Origin: Diadema antillarum
Taxonomy: Eukaryota
DNA: 64,000 nucleotides
Direction: 5' to 3'
Assembly: GCF_040938485.1 (NCBI RefSeq)
Contig: NW_027270957.1
Location: 1,302,001 to 1,366,000, forward strand
The position numbers and the translations under genes are program-made. The notes below the pieces were generated by a model. That model was not told the origin of the DNA. It saw only the letters and a program-made list of their open reading frames with translations, and ran no database searches. Positions 49,451 through 61,800 of this stretch are shown piece by piece; position 1 is the stretch's first letter, and every line of letters starts with the position of its first letter.

Positions 49451-51493
49451 AGCAAGCTATAACCTCCTTCTGTTTAATGAGGTAGGAGACAAAAAGAGAA
49501 AGATATGTTATCCATGCATCCTTTGCCTCACATCTTCAGCATATCTACATTTTGTTTTAGTTGGATTTTTTGTTTTTCCGGCCAGCGGATTGAGAGCACT
49601 ACCAGGGTAATATAGGAGAATCTCGCTTCTGACAAAATTATGATAAAGACATGCACACAAAACAGAGGGGGTAAAAAAGGATTTTGTCCATATAGAGATG
49701 AATTTGAAAATACTGACACACTGTCCCTGAATATGCAATCATGAAAGCTGTACCAGTATTTGTTTTTTTTTTTTCTTCTTTCATCAGGATGGCACCATTA
49801 CAGTCACACATACGGGTGAGAATGATAATGAAAAAGTACCAAGACATTGCAATCTCTAAATGGTTTGTAGATATGAATGCAAAGTTCACTGGCACAGCGG
49901 AGGGATATGAAGAATGAAAAAAAAATTATTATCAAAAATCACCCAAATAACCAAGACACCTGCACATGAATCTCACATTATATTTATCATCACAAAAATA
50001 TCACTAGCATCAACACCATCTGATGAGATGCATAAGACCATTAATGCCAAAGACTTCATTTGGAATTTATGCCCTCCATCTTCCAAACTGACAACACATG
50101 TTAATGTACAGAAATGATCAGTCTCCCTTTCACAGCCAGATGCAGTACAGTAGTTGGTAATTCTCTGAAAAATAATACAATTTCAACACCTGATAAGGTC
50201 ATATTTTTCTCCTACAATGCAAAGGAAAAATATGCATTAATATTTGCTAACAATATTGTCAATGTACCTTTCTCAAACCAACAAATTAGAGGACAGAATT
50301 ATGCTATTATCAATATAAAATTAGAGAACATTCAAATGCATGTATGCTGTTCCACAGAACGTTATTGTTACATCTCTACAATAGATCTTGATAAAAGGTT
50401 TAAGATCACAAATATATTCTCTTAGTACTTTTTTCCTTCTTCTGTGCAAACACACTAGCACACTGGCTCCCTCTGGGATACTCAGAAAATGTTCTGATAA
50501 AAAACTGCATAAAATCAACATCTCCTGATAAAATCCCATGTAAACATCTAAATTCTATCAACAAATGCCCATTGGTCATCTGATCACAATTCTTTTTTCT
50601 GTAGGCACTTTCCATATCCTTTCATATAACAAATGTCGCACACTCATTGAAGCCATAAATATTCTTTCCATTAACATGCATGCCTGGCCACCAGGTCATA
50701 TTTTACACTGGTGAGGTACATACAGAGAAAGACAAATCTTGAATTGCCCAGACATTATTATAAATCTTGCATCAGATGAACACTATGTTGATATATGAAA
50801 GAGTAACTAATACTCTGTCAATGACCACATCGATACTTCTTTTCCAATTTAGATGAACTGAGCTAAGAGAAAGACACAGGTAATCCATGATATCAGACAG
50901 ACAAAGACGAAAGCAATGCTATATGGTCGAATTCAGTACTTGGATACAAGAGGAATCATGTGTGTGCAATCTGCTGAGCTACACACACAGCGTGTGCATG
51001 AATTGAAAAGATACAAGACAAAACAAGTGTTGATGAAACACATTTCAATTTGATATACGAGGAAAATTCACCTTACAGAGAAAGTCATTTAGAGAAGAGC
51101 AAAGTTCTGATGATGGTGTACAAGAAAAACACTGTCAGGTCAGTGTACATTAGAACAAATTCTTTACAGGTTGGGAAAATATCATTTGACTGACAGTGAA
51201 GCTCTTTAACCCTTCACTTACTGTAACCTGGTGTGTACTGCATAAAGTCATTAAAAGGATTCTGGTGTCTTATAAAGAATGGGTTAACATGCATGCTATG
51301 GATGTTAATCGAGTTGTCTGTTTGTGTCTTGGTCACATCAATATTCACACATTGCCAGAATACCAGATATTCTTTCTTTTGTTTGTATTTGTGAAGTGCT
51401 TATGCACTCTGTACCATAAAATTGTCCCTACTGTCACAGTTGTACGAAAAGAAAATTTTTGGTGTAATTCTCTGCAACCAATGATAAAGTCTC

Positions 51494-51499
51494 TTTATT
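51494..51499 (-). terminator. Candidate proximal poly(A) signal for DD3-3
   Basis: First AATAAA I found on the - strand downstream of the stop at 52411. Confidence 0.35.
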
Positions 51500-52410
51500 C
51501 CTCATTACACGCAGGTTAACTCCATACAAACAAACAAAATAATAATGTATTCGTTTGTTTGTTTGTTTGTTTTAATCAAACAAATGAGATGGTTTTAACA
51601 TGGAATACCACAGTAAGGAGGAAAAAGCCATTTTGGTAGGGCAAAAAAAAAGCACTGCAAGCTCAACTGACAAGCAAACGGTCATGACTTTTTAGTGTGT
51701 TTCTGCAATTTTGTTACTTTGGTGCAGTGTTATCTTTTTCTGAAGCTTTCATCTCTCCATCTATTTTCAATACCATCTGCATCATTTGATATTATTACAC
51801 ATTATCATAGTGGTCTTGCAGCTAGATGTTATTAACAATTGTTAGAAATGTATCATGAAAAAAACAGTATAGAATAAATATATGTAAACTTGTGCCACAG
51901 TGTTGAATTATAGAAATATTATATACATCTTATTGTACATCTCTATGGCAATAGAAATAGGATGAAACTGATGCATCTTGTCCTTACTTTGTGTGTATGG
52001 TGAAAGTACCTACTAACAATTCATATGGGGAAAGAAATCGTTGCTCATTTGCTGAACAATACCTACCCCGACATACATGTAGGTCATACAACATAATTAG
52101 TGCATCACAGTACATTCCATATCATGTCCTGGATCCTTCACAGTCATGTTAAAGTTCATTTGTAAACAACAACAAAAAGAAGACTCACAAGTTATACTCT
52201 CATAATTTATCACACACCATCAATACAACAGAATTGCAGCTGGTCATACAATGTACATGGTCACTTAATAAATGCTTCATGATCGTATAACAAAATGTGG
52301 CTTCCGTGATTCAAGTTGCACTGGTAAAATCCTGACGTTGGTTTTAACATTCAGAGAGCTTAAACTGAAATGAAATCAAAAGAGGCCCCTAGGTGCCACC
52401 TTGAGCCCAC

Positions 52411-52897
52411 TTAAACCTGGCCAGTTTTGGTGAGCCCTGAGAGTTTGTCAGGGTGCATCCTGAAGTAGACAACAGCGCCAACAATCAGCACCACAGCAAT
52501 CAGGCAGCCAATCACAGCTCCAGCGATTGTGCCGGCATTTGTGGAGCCGGTGACGACATACGTGCCGCCGCTGTCGGTCTCGATAGCGAGGGCATTGCCC
52601 TGCTTCGTGTACTCGACCTTTTCCCAGGTCGTGAAGGTGCCAGGATCAGCGCGGTACATCTCCAGGTTGTCCGTCGTGGAGCCGTTCAGGTAGAGATTGA
52701 GCGTGAACTTCTCATCGTTGGCTGTGAACTTGGTGGTCGGGTACACAGTGATGAAGTTGCTCTCAATCTTCTGACCTGGCAGGTCATCGGGGTTGCCACC
52801 TTTGTTCTCGATTTCCCAGCGGCCCTGGTTTGGAGTCCACTCCACGATCTTGATGTCCTCTAAGTGATCCAGAGTGCCGACGCGGAAGTTCAGCTCA
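52411..52897 (-). CDS. DD3-3: DD3-3 last exon (ZU5-like region, TM, tail)
   Basis: Acceptor cattcctatgcag; (S)[20 protein letters not shown]...[37 protein letters not shown]. Confidence 0.92.
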
Positions 52898-55800
52898 CTG
52901 CATAGGAATGAAAAGATACTGACTCAACAAATTGTACATCCAATTCTATGAATTTAATAGCTTAAAGAAAGAGTTCGCTAATATAATGTCAAAGTTACAG
53001 TCACTGTAAAGTCCATAGTTGTTTTCAATCTAATCACTGATAAAAGACAAATATACATATGACAGTATATCATAGTTAACCCTTCTTATTCTCTCATTAC
53101 ATCAATAAGTCACATTAACCTATTTATGACTGCCATCTTCCAATTGCACATAATATAAAGAACATTGTACAATACTTGGGTAGACATACATATGCTGAGG
53201 CAAACTAAAATCATCGTGAGCATTGCATGAATAGAGGGAAGTTTTGTCACATTGCATAGGAATACAACACAGATTTGATATCTACAGCATCTCAACATCC
53301 CTCAGCCCTCAAACTAGATAAAGTGATAAAAAAAAAGAAATTAGTTATTCCTGCTACTAGTTACTCACAAAGCTTGGGAAAGTATCAAACACTTGAAATG
53401 ACACTTAAGAAAATTGTGGTTTGTGGTGCCACATACATTGAAGAATAGTTGATATTATGAGATACAGATTTTATGAAGCCACATTCATCAAAAAAACATA
53501 GCCACTTTGCAGAATGTATAGTTCCATGACATGGCACATTACAATTGTGTATCATTTCGTCGCTGGGGTGACAAGACCTCATATCTGAAATTTTGGTGAA
53601 AATGAGTTTTTTGGATGAATGGTTAGATAATCAGTTGAGTGATGTCCTGTCCAAGTTCTAGCTGTCTTACCCAAAAAATAGAGCCAATATGGCATGTCAA
53701 AGGAAAGGCTCTTTCATTCGATGCAGTGCTTTAGCTGCCATTCTTTTTGTTCTCCTGAACATTTGGCATTTTGTAGATATGAGGTCTTGTCACCCCAGCG
53801 ACGATTTTGCAATTCTGTATGGGAGGGTCCAATGCTGACAATTTCTGTTCTACTCATTCCACCTCTCCCTTCAAAACATACCTGTGTCCAGTTGTAACGT
53901 TGCCTCCCGTGTAGCCAATCGGGGTGTAGTTGACCTGCTCGATGCTGGAGACGATACGTCCCTTCTGACTGCGGTTGGAAAAGTTGTTGTTCCTCGTGCA
54001 CATGTAGTGGGCCGTGCCAGGCATGGTGATCTTCCTGGGCCCCGAATCATAGTAAGTGCCCGCATCATCCAGCTCCGACATCTCTCCTCGGAACTGGCCT
54101 GGAAGGAGGCGGGTGGAGGGTGTGGGGAGGAACAGAGGAGGAATCAACATCGAGATATGCTGGTAGCAATATTTCAAACCACTCACTTTTAATTCATGAT
54201 ATAATTCATATTGGCAATCCAAATGCAATAATCTATCATGTTTAGTTCACATCATCCAAAAATTATATTGCACTGAGAAATCTTGATAATGGTATGACTG
54301 ATTTTACCTCAATATAACTGGTACCTTGATGTAAATTAATTAACCCCTTGAGGACAAGCTGATTTTGCTAAAACACATATTTCCCATAGACACCTGCCCA
54401 GTATAGTAGGGATTAGCCTTTAACAGGTTTAAAAAAAAAAATATCAGCTAAATACAGCAATGGAAAATAAGGCCAATAAAATCTACCTTACGTAAAGTGG
54501 TACATTATTATAAGAAAGCTCATTATAATCAAGTTTCGTAAGTGAAACAGGATTGTAGAGAAGCCGAAACACTTCAAGCAGTTACTCTTAATCTATGGAA
54601 CTCTGTATGCAACAGAAATCACTGTCCATCGGCTATCAATGTCCTTGTAATGTTTCTTTATGGTTTTCATCTAAGTGTACTCATGCACTATTCTCTTACC
54701 TGGTTGTAAAACAGCCAGGTCAATCAGATCCTGCTGAGTTAATCCGAGGAAGGAGGCATTCCTGATGTCCTGCGGGTAGCTGTTACCATACTGACCAGTC
54801 ACGCCATTGGGCTCATAGTAGGAACCGGTCCCCTCGGGGTAGTTCTGGTCCCTGAGCAGGGCGATGTTGCTGCGGTCAGTACCCTGGCGACCCTGACCGT
54901 CATTGTTGTTGGGGTTGGAGTTGGAACCAGTGAATCTTAGTGGGTAAAGAGAAATGAGTCAAATCCTTGATACAAGGGCATAGACTGTAGACTTAAAGGG
55001 AATGGCTATAGTAGTAACTGATCAGTGGGAATCAGTGGGAATGCTCGGGGATGATTGTTCCAATTCTTGTGGGATTCATTTAAGAGTACATTATATATCT
55101 GTTGTTGTATGAAAATTATTTGCATCAGAATGGTTTCATATTCAAGTAATGTGCAGTTTAATGCCCCGTCACTGTACAGGCATGCTAGCCTGGAACCATT
55201 AACCTGCACGTCACTGAACTGAACAAACAAAACAAATAAATCTTTCTGGTGAGTAAAGAAGACATTCCATGTACCATTTCATAAGATTAATAACAACATC
55301 AAGTTAACACTGGAGTATCTTGTTTCTTTAACTCCACAGTCCATGAGACTAGGGAACCTTGTCTTCTGCTTTGAACATCAGGGATGTGAGAGTTTAAAGT
55401 TTAATCTGATTTCAGATTCTATTTTACTCTGCCAAAAACCCGCATTTCAGACTTTTTCGCACTTCAAACGTATTGTAATGCTCACAGTTTAATGCACTTC
55501 AGACTATTTTTTAAAGAGTTTTAGAATTGTTCTGATTTTCCACTGCGAGTTCTTTAACATCCCTGATATATTGAATTCAATCAGGCAAACATAAGGCTAC
55601 AACTATCTTGCAACACAGACCTGTGCCATGTGATTACAAGCAACTTACTGCACATGAATAAATTCCCCAGGCATGACTGCGAGCTCGTTGGGGACAAAGT
55701 CGTACTCCACTGCTGGGAAGACCTGTACGATGTTCCCTCGTTTTCCCCGCACATTGAGATTGTGCACCTTGTTCTCACCGACCTCAGGTGGAGGTGCTCG

Positions 55801-58800
55801 GATGGCAAAGGTATGCGACCTGCAAAATATGAGACATAGAATTCTCGATTGGTTAGTTGGTTGGTTGTTTTGAGTTCTATTAGAGCACTGCCATAACACA
55901 ATGCAATTTGCCTCGCAAAATATGTATTAGTATGATTTTAATGAAAGCAGAGGACTGTGTTTAATGCAATGAAAGATGTAGTGATATTAGTTTAGGGGGT
56001 GAATTATCTATACATATTCTCCATTCCCAATCTCAGGTATCTTCATGGAGGTGAATTTTATTGAAATATCAATTTTTCAAATATGAATGAGAATATATAG
56101 CATGTTCTTCTACTCCACTTCTACAGTGAAATGTAAAAGTGTAAAAAGTATAGAAGAATTCATGGCCATAATGATGATGATAGCAATAATTAATTTCTTG
56201 TTTACAGCCTTCTTTCATCAATGCAAAAAGTAGAAAAAGCAATCCTTTTACGTCACCCCCATCAAACACACAGTGAAAGCTTGGCCTTTGTCTCAACGTG
56301 GTCATGCTTAACAATATCTGATGGATAAGTGATAAGTGCCAGTGCCAATGGGAACATCCCTGAGGTACAGAAGATTTAGACTTTACTTTTATGCTAACAT
56401 ATTCCACAACAAATTTTCAGAATGCATTCACGGGCACAGCATCTGACAGAATGAAAGACATAAGAACGCAACATTTGCACAAACAATTTAAAGTAAAAAT
56501 TCCCCACATTAATGACTGAGGAAGATCTTTTGTCTTTGTGCAGATGGATCTCACCTGTCCTGGAATGTCCTTCCCAGCTGAGCTGTGTTTATCGCCAGCT
56601 GCAAGTTGAAGTTGTCCCCGTTAGGGGCATCGGTGAACATCTGCACGTTGGGGTTGTTCTCAAAGACGTAACCCCTGTCATCTGCCTCGTCCTCGGTCAG
56701 GCCATACCTGATAACCAACAATTACGAAATAGTTACCTTCCGTCATGTGTGCTACTGCAAGACTTGTGAGGTCCAACTAAACTGTACCCGATATGGTTTT
56801 TCAACAGTACGGGGGGAGCTGCATGCAAATTTAGGCAAGAGTCTCTATAATTATGCACTTTGAATTTTATGGAATGAGTGATCCCATTTTCATACCATTT
56901 GAGAATCATTGCCTCACAACTTAACCTTACCACAAAATTCAAACTCAAGCTAATATATCTTTGTTTCACATTTGACAAGGACTAATCTTACGAAAGATTA
57001 TCTCGTGTGATGTATCCTCTACAGTCATGATTTGATCTCTCTCTGGCAATGGTATGAGAGATTGCTACATGTACCTGATTAATGACAGACACTTGCACCA
57101 TTAAACTTCCACTGAAGATTTAAGCATTTTACATAAAGGCGAGACAGAGAAATGAGGAAACTTACTTTGAGAAAACATCAAGTGGGCTGTCCTGGTTGCC
57201 TTGGGCATTCAGTTCTGCTGTGACTGTACCATCCCAACCAGGGTATTCTCCTGTGGAGATGTTGTACCTGTCAAGGAATAAGCAACAAAAAATGTATTTG
57301 TGATACTACATGTTTGTTAAGTATCACTTATTCCACATATCCATTATGAAATACATTTCTCACATGGGGATTAAATATCTCACCTCTTCTGTTACTACAT
57401 GTGATTATTTTCTCAAACTTCTGACTATATTTTCTGGTCTGATTTTGTTTTTTAATCTCTCTCAAGTAATATGCATTATGTATGAAAAATTTCATGGTAT
57501 ATTTTGTTGTCAATGTACTGACGATGAGAACAACATAATAATAACTAGAAAAGTACTCTGAGAGCGCAGACCTCCGCCAAGCATGCAGCTCATTTTCACC
57601 ACTGATCTTGTTATTCCATAGAGATATCAGTGATTTTCACCCATAAGTACTTATAGCATTGTGTGCTGAAAGTCGCCCGATTTCCCAATATAGAAGCCTT
57701 TGTTACGTCAGAAATACTCAGCTGCACAGCGCATCTCGCCCTAGCAGAAACTAGAGCACGCACTATAGTGCGCGCAAGCAAACCTCAAATACGCGCACCC
57801 TGAACTCCCAAGTTCAATGACCCTACCTACCAAAATATCAAAAATCCTTCAAAAATTCTCCCAAATTGTCGGATCACTTCCAAAAGTTAATCGTTTGTTA
57901 CTTGTGTCATTCTCAACCTTTTCTGCAAGTTTCATCCCAAATCGTTCACTACTTTTTGAGTTATTTTGAACACGGACAAACTAACGAACTAACGAACTAA
58001 ATAACTAACAAACAAACCAACGGTAACGAAAACATAACCTCCTCCCTTGGCGGAGGTAATAAAAGAGAAAGAAAAATTACAATAGCCACAACATACTTGT
58101 CGAAAAAGAGCATATGCGACAATTTGTCAGACACCACTATTGCACTAATCAATAATGAATGAAGAAGAAAGTTTATCAAGAATCAATCAATGCTTTTGAG
58201 GTCATCAATAACATTTGGGTCATGGATGACCTGCTTTCAAGGGCCCTGTACCCACCTGAGACGCAAGGCACAGTTCTCATTGATGGTGTTGGGTATCGTC
58301 CAGTTGAGGTTGTTTGGCTGACCATTGACGCCGTTGCCCAGGTGATTGTCACGGCTCCAGTGGTTCTCACGGCAGATGGGGGCAGAGATGTTGAAGGAGG
58401 GGAATTCCTTCCACACGCCACGGGTGCCATTCCCGCCCGCCGGATTCTCGATAGTCACAGCCTGGATGCGAGGGATAAAGAGCAGAAGACAGGACCGAAG
58501 GAGGAGGGGAAAAAGAAGGAAGAGAGAATTGTAACAACACACTGGATTTGGGAGAATTTTGACACTTTGGCAAGCAAAACCCAAGCAAAGAACTTTTTTA
58601 TGATGTGACAAAACTTAAGCTCAATTCAATAAAGAGAAGATGAAATCATGAAACAAGTATAAATAAAGTTCAAGACAATGTAGCTTTTCCAGTCATCAGA
58701 CTTGTTTTCATTGGAGAGGAGAAAAGGGACTTTAATAAAATTTCACTACAAACTATGAAGATTTATCTCTTCAATCTCAACAAACCTTAACAGCAACAAA

Positions 58801-61800
58801 ATAAAAATACACAAGCTCCACTGATAAGGGGTGGGGATCTGTTGCTATGGTAACCAATGGCTCACCTCACACTCTTCCTTGGTGTTAGGGATGACTGGAT
58901 TGTTGCGGTTGGCGTTAATGTTCTCCTGCAGGTAGCTGAAGGGCAGGTCACAGGCCCAGCGTGACTTCACATTCTGACTCTCAGTCTGGTAATACTCACA
59001 TCGAGTCGGGTCATTGGTCAGCACAGCAATGTCCTGCATTCATCAGATAAGTAACTTGGTCATCTCCATTTGCAAATGTAAAGCATAATATGCCATATAT
59101 ATATACTTTGAGTCAAGGACTCTCCGAGGATTTAACTACATCTTCTCTATCACATTCTAACTCATCTTAACATGTTGACGATGGCCTGATTTTGCTACAA
59201 CATGCATATCCATAGACACCTGCCCAAGTATACTCGGGACTCCTCCTCGATGGGTTAATATGACCAATGGAGAAGGATATGTCACAGATTGAAGAAGCTT
59301 CAAAATATTTTTAATTTGACTAGGAAAATACGAAGAGTGACACTGTCCAATTTTCTTTTTCAAATACAGTTTGAAGTCCTTGGGACCAGCAGTGTTCTTT
59401 CTTATAATGAAATTTTGTTAGAGCCGAACAGAGATACATAAATTCATATAGATGAGATAATTTTGGGGCCTGAATTTTTACTTCATTGTAATGAGAATTT
59501 GTTATAATAGTGTTTGTCACAACAGGAGTGCAATGAATCATATCATTTCTAAATGAGAGAAAAGGTTTCAGCCATTACTATATAACATGTTTCTGGCTAG
59601 TTAAAAAACTGAAGGAAATCTGGATTATAATACTCTACATGTAGTAGATATCATCTTTGCCACTAGCAACCAATAACTCAACCTACCATCCATGGAGACG
59701 GACCCCAGTAGGGGTAATAGTCGCGCTCCTCCGGACACTCATAGCCCCTTCTTGTTCCCTGTGGGTTCTGTCTGGTGTACTTTGCAGTCTGCCCTTTCAA
59801 GTTCTAAATCAAACAAGAAAGAATTTATATGGGAAAACAGCAAAATAAGACAAAATGATGCTAAACATTCTCAACAGTATTAAGTCTCAATAAGATGATA
59901 AATTTTCCAAGAAATTTTCTTTGCAAGGTGATATTTGGCAATGTAAAATTCTTGATTGAAATTCCTGATAGAAAAAGGATGTCACGCCAACAAACAAGTA
60001 GAGATTGATGGGGAAATTATGATATCACTTTCATATTTTCTTCTTTATCAATCAATTCTGTTCTATAATCCTCATGTCAAGCAGCAGACAATAATTTGAC
60101 TCTTTAATTAGTTTGTCACCACAATACATTCCAATAGAGAACACTGTTCAATTATTGGAATAAAACCCTTTTTAATTACCTCCCCCCTTTTCCCTAAGGT
60201 TTTCTTTAATAGAAACCTTTTCTCACACATGCATTGATTGCAAACCTCTCCAGCATCCTGACTGATTCCCCTTAGAGCATGCCTCCTTTACAGTTAATTA
60301 ATATACTTAAAACACTTTTTCAGAGAATGTCATATAAAAATATTCCCAAAGTTCTCATTCTCAAAGAAAGAAGGTTAACGAAAAATTTGCTTTTCCTGAC
60401 CTGATCGGCAGTAAAGAGGTTTGCCTGCCGCTGTCTGAGTTTACAGTTGAGGTAGTAGTCAAAGTTTTCGTTCATTCCATATCGGATGTCCGTGTTGCAG
60501 TCGTAGTTATAGCACTGATTTGGATTCTCTGGGATAGTTCTGCATGGGAAGAGAAGAAAATTAATGCTAATGCATGCACTTAAAACAAAGCAAGGCAACA
60601 AATTATCATGATAAATCACCAAAATACATATACATCACACTGAGGGTCTATGAATATTCTGAAATGAACTTCTCTTTCACTCACTGGAGCATGAACAAAA
60701 ATTTGCTGAGCAAGAGTGGGCACAGTTGTCGGTATGATGAACACAGCTACCACACTACTACAACTTGCGATGTACATTCTAAAAGACAATACCATAACTC
60801 ATTTAAGTCAGGAATTATTATAATCCAAGCATAATGTGATGAACTACAATATCAATAATCAGTTGTACTTTTGGTGTTGACGGACAATTATGTCTTAATC
60901 TGATAATGAGCAGCATTCAAAAAGTTAAATTTGCATTCAGGGTCTTACACAGACACATCTGAGTGCAGTAAAAAAAAAAGATAATAATAAATAAAAATAA
61001 TGAATTCAAATGATAGGGAAAATAGCGATAGGCAATAAGAAAACAAATTTCAAGAAAATTAGAGTGAGAGGTTCTGACTGATGCTGTGACAATAAATGGG
61101 GCCCTGACGCATGTACAGTCCCACACTACTTACGTGGTTGTTGTTCCATCCCTGACCCATTCTCCACACATGTACTGGATGACGAGCTCACAGTGGGAGT
61201 TCGGGTCTCCGCAGCTGTGCTGGTTGGTCCTGTCGAGACAACATGGGACAGGGAGAGACACAAAGAGACAGAAAGAGGGCGAGTTAGAGGGACTCAGCGT
61301 TTGCTGTGATTGACAAGCTATAGGCAGGAAAAAAATACGGGTACAACACATTTTCTGATTTTCTGACCATGATTTATGGTGAAAAATGTGCAACAAATGA
61401 CAATGTAAGTGGTTTGTTCGTTATGGAATTTGCATTGTCTAAGTGTATGCCACTGGCAGTCCACCAAGCTGAAATACAAACTACTCTAAAAAACAACAAC
61501 AATTGAAATCAAAAGCAAACAACTAAATAAACAATTAATGTCTGCATACACATATGTTGCAAGTGATCACTAGTCAGCTACAGCACTTCTTCTCTCCAAT
61601 ATTGTCTGGTAATTTGCAGGGCTTTGAGCATTAGACATTTGGGACAGAATGGGGCATAATATTCTGAAGTACTATAAGTAAGCTCCGCTGCCATGCCTTC
61701 AACAAGCTTCTACATATTTTGCATTAAACATACCCACGAATACACATACAATGTACTCATACAAATTGTTCATTTTATACATGTGAGTACCGGTATGCAC

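Noticed and set aside
52411-52428. Class I PDZ-binding motif at the DD3-3 C-terminus (KTGQV*)
   Set aside because: Position -2 is Gly rather than Ser/Thr, so only the terminal Val fits.
52453-58608. + strand ORFs 52453-52863, 53884-54192, 55630-55873, 56512-56769 and 58159-58608
   Set aside because: They are antisense shadows of GC3-rich DD3-3 exons.
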